A DNA stretch of 64,000 bases from Schizochytrium sp. TIO01 (Eukaryota > Protista > Bigyra: Labyrinthulomycetes): the NCBI GenBank assembly GCA_004764695.1, contig SMSO01000025.1, forward strand, positions 124,001-188,000, in the 5' to 3' direction. A model generated the notes under the pieces. The model did not search any database and was not told the DNA's origin. It saw only the letters and a list, made by a program, of their open reading frames with translations. Position numbers and translations under genes: made by a program. Numbering within the stretch: the first letter of the stretch is position 1; every line of letters starts with the position of its first letter. Shown here in pieces: positions 37,390 to 51,500 of the stretch.

Positions 37390-39165
37390 TTAACTTTGTC
37401 CTTCTTTGGCCTCTGGATATCCGCCCATAGTTTGTTTCCTAAATTTATCGTCGTTGTCATCGTCACCGTTGTCATTGACTCTCTCTTCAATTTGATTTTC
37501 AAGCTCGAGTTTATGTTCAACCTCTAATTTCTTTTGCAAAACTTCTTGCTTTCGTTTTTCAAGTTCTTGTATAATCCGAGCTGCGCGCTCTCGTGATAGC
37601 TCTGCAAGTTCATCCCTCTGCTGGGTGACTGTGCATTCTCCTGAGCGAGAATGCGATTCCTGATCTCCGATTGGTATTTGCATACCACATCCAAGGCGAC
37701 ATGCAACGAGACGTTTAGTGCACACGATCTGAAGGTGGCTTCGCATTTGTGTCTGAGGGATAACCATACCGCACATGTACGGACACTCTCGCAATGTTCG
37801 ATGCGCCATACCAGCCTCGATTTGGCGACGGTACTCAGCCGCACCTGCACATTCATTTAGCTCGTGGCTATCGATATCTCTGGCACGAATTAGACGCCCT
37901 TCAAGACTACAATTAATGTGTGTAAACCTGCAGCGAACTAGTCTATTTCCGCAGTGCTCTTGGACATGCTCATTTAGCTCCTTACGAGTAATCTGCTCAC
38001 CGCACATAAGGGAACATCGGATACGTTCGGGTGCACGATTGCGGGCATGTGAAATTGCAGCAAGGCCTTCTCGACGCACAGAGAAAACGCAGCGCGCCAC
38101 GCGATGCACGGTATACATGAGATCTTGACGTTGATGAGCTTCGAAATCCTTTGCTCGAATTGTACTGCCACAAGCGCACTGTACGAATCGGTTCATACAC
38201 TCTCGCTTAATATGACCTGGCATACAGGCCTCTGGAATTCGTGCACCACATCCCATGGTACAGCGAAAACTTGTGGTAACTTTAGATTGAGCACTACGAA
38301 GTAACTCTGTTTGTTTTCGCCTTCGCGTACAGTCCTTTTCCAGATGTTCGCTCACGTCTTTCCACTTGATTAAGTTGCAACCGCATCGCATAGGGCAGGT
38401 GACCAATCTCTCCGGACACTCCTCTTGCTGATGGATACGAGCTCTGCGTGGCGCCACAACCTTACTGCATGCATGGCACTTAATCCCAGTAGCTTCTTTC
38501 TCGCGATAGAGCAGCGAAAGCTCCCGACGCTTTGCCTCAAGCTTACAGTTATGTTGCAAATGATGCTGCAAGTCACGTAGTTTAATTTGCTCAAGACAAC
38601 CCGTGATAACATTTGGGCATGCTACAGGTTTCTCCAAACATGTCCATAGATGCTTTTCCATGTCACCTTGCACTTGTTCGTGGCAATGCGGACAAAGTAC
38701 AGGCGTGGAATCCGACTTGTGCTGATGCCTTTCTTTCAGTCGAATGTAATTTTGCCGTTGCTTGGTATAGATGCAATCAACCTCTTGATGCCACTCTAAA
38801 TCTTGTTGCTCGACGCGTATGCTACATCCTGGGCGATCACATGCTACGACGCGATGAGGACAATCATTCTCTAGATGACCTCGTAAGCCGTTTAGACCTA
38901 CTCTAACCCCGCAATCTGGACAGATTGTCCATTCGATACTACTTTCGTTGGCCCCTACTCGACACCCCGATGTATGTTGTTGCAAGTTTGTTGAAGCCGT
39001 GCTAGATGCTTCGCTTGCAGCATCAGAGTTGTCCTCAGCAGCCAGGCGTAGCCTTCGGAGTTCCGGTTCTAGGTCTTTTTTGCTTGTTTGGTTGCCTCGT
39101 CGGCGAAAAGACTGCCGCTTTCTCCGCTGACCAGGAAGCCTGGCGCGTTGAAACGTGACAGGCAT
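37390..39165 (-). CDS. TRAF-type zinc-finger repeat protein
   Basis: About a dozen Cx2-4C-x11-12-H-x3-4-C units (e.g. CPDCGVRVGLNGLRGHLENDCPHR, CPYMCGMVIPQTQMRSHLQIVCTKR) and a C-terminal coiled coil. No RING or MATH domain seen. Confidence 0.82.
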   Translation of the reverse strand: MPVTFQRARLPGQRRKRQSFRRRGNQTSKKDLEPELRRLRLAAEDNSDAASEASSTASTNLQQHTSGCRVGANESSIEWTICPDCGVRVGLNGLRGHLENDCPHRVVACDRPGCSIRVEQQDLEWHQEVDCIYTKQRQNYIRLKERHQHKSDSTPVLCPHCHEQVQGDMEKHLWTCLEKPVACPNVITGCLEQIKLRDLQHHLQHNCKLEAKRRELSLLYREKEATGIKCHACSKVVAPRRARIHQQEECPERLVTCPMRCGCNLIKWKDVSEHLEKDCTRRRKQTELLRSAQSKVTTSFRCTMGCGARIPEACMPGHIKRECMNRFVQCACGSTIRAKDFEAHQRQDLMYTVHRVARCVFSVRREGLAAISHARNRAPERIRCSLMCGEQITRKELNEHVQEHCGNRLVRCRFTHINCSLEGRLIRARDIDSHELNECAGAAEYRRQIEAGMAHRTLRECPYMCGMVIPQTQMRSHLQIVCTKRLVACRLGCGMQIPIGDQESHSRSGECTVTQQRDELAELSRERAARIIQELEKRKQEVLQKKLEVEHKLELENQIEERVNDNGDDDNDDKFRKQTMGGYPEAKEGQS

Positions 39166-40505
39166 ACGTGTACTCTCCGCTCACTCATTGCCATCACTGC
39201 CCGAGCGAGGTTTTGTCTGTGGCTTGTGTATCACGATCCCCTGATGAGAACGCGCGTTCTCAACTCACAATTACTCTAATTCTAACACCAGGAACTGAAC
39301 GGTACACACCCCTTCTCTAATTCGCATTTCTTAATAGATTGAAATTTGGGAATTCTAAAGCTCAAGGCAAAGAAAGTCTAGCGGACGACATGTATCGAGT
39401 CCAGATTTGGAAGGGCGATGAAAAATACTTCACTTCTGCATACCTCTGAAAGCCACAGCACTTCTCATCTCTGTGTTTCTCAAGTTGTACGTTACTAAAG
39501 CAGAGTTATGATCTATGAAACAGTCATGACAAATAACCAGCGAATTGATCATTACTATGAATCACTTACCGATTGGTGCTGTGGCGTTTTGCACGTCGTA
39601 CGTTGCTGTGTAACCCTACACATCTTTCCCATTTGATGGGACCTTGATTCTTTGATTTTCCATTGGTGACCTCCTCTCCGCAAAATCCAGGGTAACACAT
39701 CTGCTGTTAATTAGACGAGTTTGTGCATTAATAATTATCCCGCATCATTCTCGCAACAAACCATCCATGTCTCCATTATTCTCGCACTTCGGGATAATAC
39801 ATAATACTTCGCAATTATTACTTTCCATTCGAGGCCATAGGCAAAGTAGTAAACTCCAACAATCCTTGCAAATTCTCAAAGAATAGAGCAAAAAAGAAGG
39901 GCACCTTATTTCTAATTTGCCATTATATTCATTTTCTTTTAAAGAAAAAGAAAAAGAAAAAAGGAATGTCCCTATATAATTGCCGTGAATGAGTGGCCTC
40001 AAATCTATGTTTCCTTTCTCTTTAAAATCTACACTCCCAGAAACCGAGCATCCCGAAACTCTCGGCTGTCATTGTGCATAGCTGTTTCCCTTTGTTCTTT
40101 TTAGCTGCTCATGAAATGTAAATCTCCATTCTCCTAGATTACTCGCTTCAAACGCTTCATCGAAATGTCATCGTAAACTCATCTGAGGCTTCAATCCAAA
40201 GATAAAAGAACATATTGTCATAGAGAACGAACTCATAACCACAGCTATCACTTTCCCTAAGGTTGATCTCTCCCGAAAACCATCAAGATCACCTCAAACA
40301 GAACACTATTATATCTATACCTCGAAGTAATTATCAAAAGCACAAGACAGAAAGAAGACCAAACCCAAATCAAGTCCAGGTCCACGAAGCGTATTGCCGG
40401 AGCGCAGTTAGCTTCTGCCCAACCCGAAAGCAAGACAAACGTCAGGCCTGAGCCAGAATACAGCGCAAAGAGCAAGTTTATCAACCGACTGATCTATCTG
40501 TGAAG

Positions 40506-41768
40506 ATGGCTGCCCGTGGAGAGCTCCAATTCGTGGCGGCGCTTGTTTTGCGCAGCGCAGGCTTGGCACCAGGCGGCGCTCTCGCGGAGTCTGCCGCTGC
40601 CCTTGCGCAGGCGGCGTCTCAGCAGGCGGAGCAGCCGAACGCACAGCTCAGGGCTGCTGTTGAGGCTGTCGAGGGCCCGAAGGAGCTCAAGCAGGCGCTC
40701 CAGATGAGATGGCTTGGTCGCTCTGCCGATGAACAGGCTCGCGTTGCCCAGTGGCTTTCTGTAAAGGCTGCCCAGGGCAACGCGGAGGACGCTGACGAGG
40801 TCCTCGCGGCAATGGACGCAGAGCTCCGCGAGCGTACATTCCTTGCCACGCAACTCCAGCCTTCGCTGGCGGATGCCGCCATGTTCTGGGCCATGAGAGA
40901 CGCCATCTCAGCTAAAACTGCCGACGCTGCGCCCGCCGCTGCTCGCTGGTTCAACTCGCTCCAGGCGGATGAGGATGTTCAGGATGCTGCCGGAGACAGC
41001 CTTAAGAAGGTTGTATTCCCTACGGCTGCCTTTGACGCCCTCGCCAAAATCCCTGCTGCCAAAGCACCCGCTGCCAAAGCACCTGCTGCTAACAGCCAGC
41101 CTAAGGACGCCAACAACGACAAGAAGAACGCAGCCAAGAAGAATGACGGCAAGAAGAACGATGCCAAGAAGAATGATGGCAAGAAGAACGAAGCCAAGAA
41201 GAACGACGCCAAGAAGGAAGAGGCCCCTGCTGCTGCCGGCGATGATGGCGCAATTGTCACTAAGCTGGATATTCGCGTTGGTAAGGTTGTCAAGTGCTGG
41301 AACCACGAGGGCTCTGACAAGCTTTTCTGCGAGCACATTGATGTTGGTGAAGGCGAGCCGAGACCCATTGCGTCTGGACTGAGGGCATTCTACAGCGATG
41401 CATCGCAGATCGAGGGACGCCTTGTGCTCGTGCTGTGCAACCTTAAGCCGCGCCCACTCGCTGGGTTCACCTCCAATGGCATGGTGCTCTGCGCTAGCAA
41501 CGCCGACAAGTCCAAGGTGGAGATTGTCGATGTTCCTGAGGGAGCACAGATCGGAGAACGTGTCACCTTTGAGGGTATCGAGATGACCGACGCAGCCAGC
41601 CCTGCGCAGGTCAAGAAGAAGAAGATTTTCGAGGCTGTCGCTCCTAACCTCAAGACCACCGAGGGCAAGGCACCCTGCTGGGTTGATGAAGAGGGTAAGG
41701 AACACATCTTCCTCACCTCCAAGGGCGCATGCTCTGTGCCCACGATCTCCAAGGGTACTGTGTCATAA
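40506..41768 (+). CDS. Arc1p/AIMP1-like aminoacyl-tRNA synthetase cofactor (GST-like domain plus EMAPII-type tRNA-binding domain)
   Basis: GST-C-like LRERTFLA...SLADAAMF...ARWFN. Lys-rich KKND repeats. LDIRVGKVVKCWNHEGSDKLF...LCNLKPRPLAGFTSNGMVLCA. Confidence 0.9.
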   Translation: MAARGELQFVAALVLRSAGLAPGGALAESAAALAQAASQQAEQPNAQLRAAVEAVEGPKELKQALQMRWLGRSADEQARVAQWLSVKAAQGNAEDADEVLAAMDAELRERTFLATQLQPSLADAAMFWAMRDAISAKTADAAPAAARWFNSLQADEDVQDAAGDSLKKVVFPTAAFDALAKIPAAKAPAAKAPAANSQPKDANNDKKNAAKKNDGKKNDAKKNDGKKNEAKKNDAKKEEAPAAAGDDGAIVTKLDIRVGKVVKCWNHEGSDKLFCEHIDVGEGEPRPIASGLRAFYSDASQIEGRLVLVLCNLKPRPLAGFTSNGMVLCASNADKSKVEIVDVPEGAQIGERVTFEGIEMTDAASPAQVKKKKIFEAVAPNLKTTEGKAPCWVDEEGKEHIFLTSKGACSVPTISKGTVS

Positions 41769-42539
41769 ACAGCTGAGCTCCACTGTGCACTGACAAAGAT
41801 AGCGAGGCGTAAAACCTGCATGTTGTACCCCCTTTTGATGGAAATCCGCTTACAAACGAACCACGTACTTATAATCAAACAACCGGCGAGGCATTCATTT
41901 AACCAATAGAGATGCCCTTCTGCCTTTGTCATAGCTAATGACGATCAATTATCTTCTATTTGACTAACACTTGCAGTCCTCTGTTAATGCTCCTTGTTTT
42001 CATTACAGTATGAAAGTTTATGTTCTTTTTAATGACAGTAAAGGTTATCACAACCTGTTTCTTTTCAAATCTCGTTTTCACTTTAGGCCAGTTTCCTACT
42101 AGAAAATCCCACTCATGCATTGTCGAGAAGAGAAGTGCAGTTCTTGTGCAGCCTTTACATGAACTTCAAGACTGCTGAAGTAAAACATTAGAAAAGGGTC
42201 GGAAAACAAAATACAGATATTTTATATACTACTGGTCCTGTCCAGGTACCTACCTACCTATTTACCAATTGTGGCTGTTTATTCTGTCATCACGGAAAAC
42301 ACTTATTTATATTGCAGAGGCTACTACTATCAGTCTTTTCTGAAGTGACTCGTCTGCCCCTTAAAACTAATATCTAGTATGAGTAATTGCTCTGAGTTGA
42401 GTATCGGCTGAGAAGAAGGACTTCAACGTTGGTAGTCTCTTTCATACTAGTGAAAGAAGCACATCTATATAGCACGGCGACCACTTCAGATGTTTCAGGT
42501 GATTTGTATTTGCTTTAGTTGTCACGTTCATTTTTTTGC

Positions 42540-45500
42540 TTATTCTTGTTTCGTGATAGCACTTTTAATCGATTCTCGCAAGGAATCCGGCTTGATTTCT
42601 ATTGTGACGAGCTGCGCAGTAGTCTGGAACTTGCTCCGATAAGTTTCGATGGCTTCGCGAAACTTATCCTGGATCAAATCGTTCAAGTCAAGATTTCCCG
42701 AAACTCTGTGCATTAATAGGAACTCTAGGTCTACCTCTGAGCCCTTTGCCTGGAGCAAGGTGTGCTGATCTTCCAGAGGTATGCTACTGGTTGACAACAA
42801 CATGCCCGTCGCGTAACTAACCCGAAATGACTCCTGCTGGGGTTTGTAAAGTGCCCCTTTGCCAATAGTTTTGATTGAGGTAAGATCCGCAGTCTGAGCC
42901 CGGCCCTTAGCAAGTAGCCACAGCTTGCGCATCAATAGAACCCAACCAACCTGCAAATCGTCTTCATATTTTGCAACGACCTCGGCAACGTCAGGATGCT
43001 TTGCAGGGTCGAGCAAGGGAGCCAAAAACCCACGCCATAATAAGTGCACTTGGCCTGCATTGTTGCCTTTGACAAGCCACTTTGAGAGGCCTACCAGGAG
43101 GTAAGTTAGAGTGCGCTGGCGTAGGCCACGGTCCTTTGCACGGGTCGCACGTAAGGATGCGACATTATCAGGCGCCCATGCCAAAGCTTTGACAAGCTCA
43201 TCCCTTGGAATGAATCGCTGAACAAGCTCCTTGACGTCAATCGGCTCCGTCTCGCACATGAGCAAGGTCCATGCGGCAGCCCGGTAAGGACTATAGTGCC
43301 CATGCGAGTCTGCATCTTTCTCAAAGACACCACTGGTCAAAATGTACTTGGCAAGCTTTAAGGCATCATCCGACAACGAACCTTGCAAAAGGGCTACCAA
43401 GTTTTCACGCCTCACTGCACGCAGCACCGTGGCAGGAGATCTGCACGCAGAAAGAAGCACCACGAACTCGTTGAGCGCAACCACTTCATTCTCCCTCCAT
43501 TCTTTCTCATAAACATCGGTAAAGTTTATGCTGTGCCCACGACGCAAAGCATCAGACATATCCTGCAGCGACTCATAGCTCCCGCCCCAGCTAAAGGTAG
43601 GACACTTGCGGTTTGTCAGGCTTGCACGGTCACTCAGCTGGTGAGGGAAACCCACCTGATCAATAAAAAAGGTTTTGAAGATCGTATCGGGAGGAATGGA
43701 TGCATTCGGCACTCGTTTCTTACTTTCTGCGCGCATCATGCAACACCAAGCTGCAATTTTCATTGCGGGTGATACACCATTTGCGCCGCGCAAATCACGC
43801 TCCACAAAGTCAGGAAAGTCGCGCCCAACGTCATTATCCCAAGTCAAAAGCGCGGCTTGCACCATGGCGCCCGTAACAGTCTTAGCCCTTTTCCCGACTT
43901 CTTCAAACAGCTTGCATGCCAGCGATGCATCTGCCTCAGGAGGATCAAGAGCCCCTATTTGGGGGGGTGGAAGACATTTCTCTGCTATTAGATATGCATC
44001 AACAAATTCCTGCGCTGTCAATGTCGAAAGACGCGGCATCTTTTTGCAAAGGAGCTCCAGAAGCTGCGCCGCTTTGTCCGGGGCCGATAAGGCTTCGTCG
44101 ACGGGATTAAGGATGCGTAGTGAGATTGATTCTCCACCAAAGAGTGCACGGCTTAAATGGAACCAGAGCTTGATAGCTAGAGGTTTCTTCACGTCACCCT
44201 TCCTCTTCTTGATAACCACATTCAATAAACTGACAGGCAGTCTTGCATTCACAGCTTGGGCATTCAGCGGCTCCAAAAGGCTGTCATCACTTGCGTCTTT
44301 ACGATTCGCGATAAGCAAGACATATAAGCGGCTCTGCTGGCCAGCAAGCCAGGCAAAAAGCTCTTGCTTGTGTGCACCAGACAACATGTGGTACTCGTCG
44401 ACCACGAGGAACATGCGTCCGCCTTCTTCCGGAACCTTTCGCGTTAGCACTGAAGCCAATGCTGTGTCTACGAGCTCATCGTCAGAGCCATCAACATACG
44501 CTTTGCCCAACGAAAGCTCCTTGGTTAGCTCCTTGCCAAGCTCATCCGAGAAATGGCTCTTACCAGCGCCAGGCGGAGAGACAAGCAAAACAATTCTCGG
44601 ATCAGGTTGCTTCAGAAGTTCCTTCATGCGTTCTCTGTAGTCATCGTTGCTTCGCGACTCATGTGCTCCGCCTGCTGAAAGCCAGGTTGATTCCTCATTG
44701 ACACCAGGCCCGATCCTTACGCCATCCCTTCTCTGGAGATGGTGCCGGCATACTGTCCTTCAGAAAGTCAATCACCACATTTTCATCCCTGGATTGCATT
44801 CCATCACTATCCCCATGCACTTGCGTACCCGGTAGGAGTGCCGCTTTAAGTGTGGTCTCGAGACTTTTCCAATCTTTGAGTGCCTCGAGGAATGATTTCA
44901 ATGAGATTTCCATCCACGTCGAATTCGTGCACGGGACGATTTGCTCGCAACTGCGCTCGCTGCAGGTCTTTCTTGCATGTCAAAAGCCGCGATGCAGATT
45001 TTGGAGCCCGCGTCAGCACGCACCGATCACGATTTTCCCCAAAGTTCCACGAGGTGTCACAGTCCTCGAGGTAGACAAACCGCCATGGATGATGCTTCGT
45101 GTACTCCGCAATCCACTTGAGCAATTGGTCACTCACTGTCGGTAATCCACGCACCCAGACAAGCCAAGTGAACTCAGAAAAGCACCCAATGATACGTAAG
45201 TACATGGACGCGTCGTCCCGAGCGTTGATAAGGCTATTGTGTCCCAAGTCGCATTCAACTGGAACAATTCCATGCCGGCCAAGAGTCTCCCACTCTTGTC
45301 GTCGAACTACATGAACACCGTACATGTCATTCTTACGTTTGATGAACTTGCGCATCCCAGGCTTGATTGTGTACACACGTGTTAGCTGCTCGCGTACAGC
45401 CTCCTCACGAGGCATCGCGGCTGCAACACAATTTGCGATGGCCAGGAGATTCACGTCCTCGTCTTCATCTACTCCCTCGCTTTTATTAAATGTTACTCCG

Positions 45501-48500
45501 TGACGCGTAAGCGCCGGAGCTACGCACGAGGGAGCACCGTGCTCGAGCGTGGCCATCATAAATCGCTTTGTGCTTACCGGCAATGGACTTCGTGCAAGCT
45601 TGCCAAGCCAATCCAGCAAGCGATCACAATGGTCAGCAGCTTCTGATGGCTCGCGACCATGTAAAGCTCTCGTGAGAAGCCTCTCGTGAAAGATATAGGC
45701 AATCGGAAGTCCATGCGCATCCGAGTACTGTAACTTGAGCTGTCTTGTGTCAAGTGGACAAAAGTAAAGGCAACGACCGGGTTCGCTTCCATGCAAGGTC
45801 CACACGGTGCGGTTGGAGTCCCGCACCTCGCCATATCCACCACTATTGTAGTCAAAAAGATTACTTTCCTTGCCCTCTGTTGTCTCCGCCTCGTCTCCAT
45901 CGTCAGCATCATGGAACTTTCCTGGGCCAGATATTGTCTTGCACGCTTCCTCAACACGCTTACGCGCGACTCCATCGTTTTCGCTCCCGGCCCGCATTTC
46001 TTTGACTGGTTGAAGTCGCAGGCCGGCCGCATCATCCTCGTCATCACTGTCCTCAAATTCCATCGTGAAGACTCTAACGCCGGATGGGGCGTATACACGA
46101 TCAAACTCATCGAGAAGCTGCAGTCCAATGCTGCGAAAGTTGTGCTTAGCAATGTGCGCGTGCATTGCCATGAGCTTGTTTTTCAGAGCGGGGTCGGGTG
46201 AGTATTTCCCGCTCGACAAGTTCAGGTTGTGTTGGACCAATTCTAGTACAAAGTACAGCTGCGAGCGAGCTTCATGGTCAGTTGTAGTCATGATCACGGT
46301 TAGAGCTTTGGACAGCTGAACCTGGATCTCTGGCGAAGCCATTTCGAGTTTCTTGGCAATTCCTGATACGATAGTATGATCCCCAGCCTTTTCACGCACG
46401 TCATTCAGCTGCTGTAGCATCCACGTGACATGCCGCAGCTCGGCCTCCTTATAGCTTGTGTAAGATTGAGCAAGATCTTCAGAAGCAACTTCGTTGGGAT
46501 GGCGAGCAGCTTCCAAATCGACAATATTATTGTCATCCTCATTTTCACCATCTTCTCTATCTTCCTGGCCGTCGTCGTGACTCTCCTCCTCATCATCACT
46601 TTCACTAATTTCGTTTTGCTTCCGAGGAATTAAATCTTCACTGCGTTGAAGAACTTTGATTTTCTTAATCATCTCTTTGACAGAACTTGGGGCTTCCATC
46701 TGTGGCAAGCCAGCAGCAAAAGCAACCTGCACAAGACATTCGAGGACGGCAACTACCTCATCTTGGAAGTTGAAAGCAGCTAGACGATGAGTTTCCACAA
46801 TTGTGTGCAAGAAAAGCTGCGGGCAGTCTCGCTCTTCGCTGCGCGTCGTTGCCATAAGCATCACCCAAGTACCTTGCTGTGTCTTGCGGAGGTAAAACCC
46901 ACGACCTAGAATGGTCGAGTTGTTCGGCAAATCTTGAAAGAGCTCCCAAGTCTCTCCATTATTCGCAAACACGTGGGCAATCCCTGCTTCCGCACCAAGG
47001 TCGCCGTCGAATGAGAATGGGCTGTGACGCACGTAACGCATAGGGTCTTCATCCTCCTGGTCCTCAGGTTTTCGCAATACTGGGTGCAGGCCTGGGGCCA
47101 CTTCCAGCACACCGTACGAAGGTTCGCATTTCACGCGCAAGAGAGTTCGTGCCGAGACCAAGCTCGGTCCTCGGCTTACCGCACCATCAGCTGCCTTCTG
47201 TAGAGAAATTGCAACGTTAAGGGCAAGCTGGTCATCCTCAACATCCTGAGACGACTGTTGTGTTAGGCTTGGGCTCGTCAACACGTCACCTGACTCCTCA
47301 ACTCCTTCATCGAATGTCGCTGACACTTGAGCATCTGTCCGGCCTTCCTCAACCTCTGGTGGGGCTTTATCAGCAGCCAACGGACCATTCCTATATGGAA
47401 GAATCTTTCCTACGAGGCAAATGTCGTATTTGTCATCTAACATGGAGTCCCGATCTTCCCGTGGTGTTTGTGGAAGGTTTGGGAACCTGAGCGCCTTTTC
47501 AAGGCGTGTAATAAAATCTTCACCAACATACGTGCTCACAGTCTCCGTCGTGCTTAGATCCCGCCGCACATCTTTTGATTCGTACTGTTTCACCATAGAG
47601 TTCAGGGCACGCACGTTTTCCCCGAGGAGGTCATCTCCTTCTATTTCCCTTGAACACGTTTCTGCTCATCCAACCAATCTCGTTTTTGCAAGTAGTTGAC
47701 ATGAAAATTGGCTTTGCATCTCCACTCCATTGGAATGAGGCAAATTCAGAAATCATTTGTTTTACTGTCTCACCATCTGTCAGGGGTGTAAGACCTAAAA
47801 CAATATAGAGACCATCGACGATTTCCGGAAGGTGGTCGCGCCCTTTCGATGTGGTATCTAAACCCTCAGCAAACGACTTAAAGGCTATCTCTGACAATGT
47901 TTTCTTTTTGCGAAGTCCAAGGAGAAAGCCGCCAATTGCGCGCAGTTTCTCCCACTCCACATTCTCGGAATGCGCAAAGTACTTGCCGATTTGCATGAAT
48001 AAATCTTTTACAATCGGTATGTAGTCCTCTGAGCTTTTCGCATGATGGGTTCTTTCTGCAAGAATAGTCCCGCTGCTGCCTGCTTTAGATGAAGTTTCAA
48101 ATGTATTGGCAAGCAAAAAGACTTGCTGCATTGTAATTGATTTGGAGAGCTTATCAAAGAGAGAGTCAGCGGTACTACCCATTTCATCCACGAAACGGCC
48201 ATCAAGAACTACTGGGAGTGGGCAATGTACAAAAAACATGTTGGCACGACGTGCATCGTTGCCTAGTTGTTGAACAGTTCTAATTACCTTTTCCAACTTT
48301 TCATCTACACTTCCACGTTTGATTAGGCTAGCCAGATCTTCAGGCTCGACTCCAACCTGGACAAACCATGCCAGCAAAGACATGCCGGTGTGGACTATTG
48401 CTTCAGGCATTTTATACTTCAGCGCAGCCATCGCGATATCCAAGTGAATGAGAAGACGCACATTATGTTCGACAGTACTTACGAAAAACCCCTCCTGAAC

Positions 48501-51500
48501 ACGAGGGAAACCGAGCTTCTTGTTCCACTTCTGGGGAGGATGCAGTGATTTGTCTCTAATTTTGCCGAAGACGTGACTGATGCACTTGGCTGGAAGAAAG
48601 CGATCTGGCTCTACCCGAAGTGCATAGAGTGGGAAATCGTCGCTAAATTGCTGAGCCAACACTAGCGACGTTGATTTGAAAGACGGCCTCGTCTGATTCC
48701 CCTGAAAGCGCGAGATCAAGCTGTTAAGGGACTCCCCTGCGAGTGTATGAGGCATCAGAACAAAGGTAGCGAGCAGCGATAGTGGTTCTGTACCTGAGTT
48801 GCAGGCATCACGGAGAACGTTGTCTCGCACGACGCAGGAGAAGTCGTTCCATTGCTCTGATCCAGTAGGCAGCAGTGCATGAGAGAGATTGTAGGCTGGA
48901 TTCGCTGCCCATGCAAACCATGCAAGCACAAGAAGTGACCTCGAAGGTTCCTTCTGAGTCTGGTTGTCCCAGAATCTCGTTAAAGCTGTGAGTAGTGCTT
49001 CACGTGCCATTTGTGTCGGAAAGAAATGATAGTGGCGCGACTTCATGATCTCTATCTCAATATGAGCTGCATCACTGGCATTGAACTCAACATAGAGTCT
49101 TAACATCACTGGCGATGCAACGAGATCCAGACCAAGCTCAGCCTGCAGCTCCTCAAGCATAAATTTGTTGCGCGCAACAGAAAGCAGTGAGAACTTGTAT
49201 ACGGATGCAGTGATGTCGCTTAGCCAATTTTCGAGAACTTGGGAGATAGAAGTGTCGTTGGAAAGCGTCTCGCTGCGCAGAATTGTGCACGTACGAAGAC
49301 AAACGTTAAAGCGGTCCCAATTTGTGCTCAACCTGGTCTCACTTGATGCGATGGCTTGCACAAGCTCGTGAATGTAGGATATCTGTGCGTCGACCTCACG
49401 GTGAGCAAGAATCGCCTGCAAGACGTGATCGCAAACAAAACGTGGGAAAGGTGCGTCCTTGTCATTATTCGGATGGCTCGCAGCGCCGCGCACAAGAACC
49501 TCAGCCATTGCAGCCGGGGAGAGTTGTTGGTGCCAACCCGAGGTTGAGCGAATGCGTTCAAGCCGTGGAAAGAGGGACATCGCCGTACTCCCTACCGCCC
49601 ACTTGACTAAAGGCTCAAGCCGCAAGAAGAGTACGTCAGCTGCTTGAGCAAGCTTCTCGCGCCATGAAGAGTGTAAGCACAAATTCAGGAGCGCAGCGCC
49701 CATGACGAGGTTCTCGGTGTTTTCCACAACGTGCCGGACAATTCGTTGATCCTTCTCTGACGAGGAAAGGATTACCTCGGCCACCTTCGGTTGTTTCAAA
49801 AGGGCCGTGGAAGGGTCGTCAATTTGCATAAGAATTTCAATGAGGCGCTGCTCAAGATTCCGGTCCTCTCCGTTTCCAGATTTGAAGTCAAAGTGCAGGT
49901 CTGAGCGTAAGAAATCTCGAACGAGACTTGGGAAATCGTCTTTCGTTTTCCCGGTCGAAAGTGCGCTCGGTCGCGCAGCCTGATGCTTAAGAATAGACCA
50001 TGCCAGGGCTGCGATCCTGTGTTGCAGTTCTGCTGCAACACGCGAGGTGGCTTCCTCTTCTCGTGGACCAGTTATAGCTTTCCGCAAAGCATAAAGATCT
50101 TGGCTCAACCGTTGTACAACAAGGTCTGGGAGTGGAAGGGAGGCCATGCGTGTTTTACTAAGTGACAGCGCAAGCAAAAGTCTCGAGGGTGCCTCCTGCA
50201 GCAAATGCAAAAGAATAGGCGTGGAAACCTCAGGAGTTCGCACCCAGCTGCGGTAAACCTCGTTCCAATGCAAATCTCCACCCCGAATAACTGTCTGCTC
50301 GATTATATCCCCCAACGGCGTCATGGAATCCCCACGGCCTGGATCGACATAATAACTCTCTTGACAGGTGGAAATCACGATGTTATCATCTCTGAGCGAG
50401 TTCAGAGTGCTGCACAGGATTTCTCCGGGATTATCTGTGCGACTAATATTGAGTCGTCCCTCTAGAGCACACTTCGGTCTGATTGTTGTTTCCCCCTCCA
50501 AGCATGCAATGAAAGCCCACACGCGCAATGCCTGCGGCGCCAAAAACATGGCCGGGTCATTGGCAACATCAGAAAAGTGCACAATTTTCGTGACGTCTTC
50601 CAGCTCCTCAATGTATGTCCACAAGACACTTGCGACAACATCACCCAATAGTGTTTCTCCACTTTCATTATTGTACGTAAAAGCACTCTCAGGTTTTGTG
50701 TTTGACGCCAATGTCCGTAGCATGCGGTGCAGCAGGGGCACCTGAGACGCAAGTCGTAGAGCAAATTCGCTAAGAAATGGAGGAACGTTGGCGGTGTCCT
50801 CGTCCTCGAGGAACGCCGAGAGCGACTGCACGTGGCTCTTGTCGGAGTTGATGTCAAGGTGAGGCCCAAGAAGAATTCTCAGACCCAGTAAAACGCGATA
50901 GAGTGACTGATTTCTCGAAGGGAGGCGAGTCCGCGCATGGAAAATATCAACATGTTCGAATGTGGTGGTTCCGTCAATTGAAGTTGTTTGAAAAGATGTA
51001 AGGTCGCGCGTTGCAGCGTTGACGACCAGAAGTAAGGGTTTTTGGCACCTTGCACAGTGTGACGCAATAACTTGGAGGCGGTCACGGACCAGTAGCTGTG
51101 CGTGCAAGAGTACGAGAACCATCGGCTCATCTTCGGTATCAGAGACGCCCTGCGACAACAGACCGCGAAGCTTTTCGATACAGCGTGGATCTCTTGCATT
51201 AAGGAAATCAAGCCTCGAGAACTTGTCCAAAAGCGTTGAGGTAAGAGCCTCGGGGTCCTCCGTCACAATGGCGCAGGTGTTTTTGCGCACTGAGCCCGCA
51301 TCGTCATGATACACACGGAGAGAGTCTTGAACATGCTGCGCCCAGTCTGCCGCCTGTGCCGCTTGATGCTGGATTCTGTCTATTGTGCGTGCCGCAAAGA
51401 TCGGGGAGTGGATGAGCTCGCGAGACACGCTGTGCAAGAGTCCATCGTACACCGTGTCGCTCTCGGTCGAGATGACAGGGCTAACCTCCTTGGCACGCTC

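Noticed and set aside
43675-44640. Long antisense ORFs (321 aa here; also 13305-14102 and 40908-41705)
   Set aside because: Shadows of real genes on the opposite strand, caused by codon bias.
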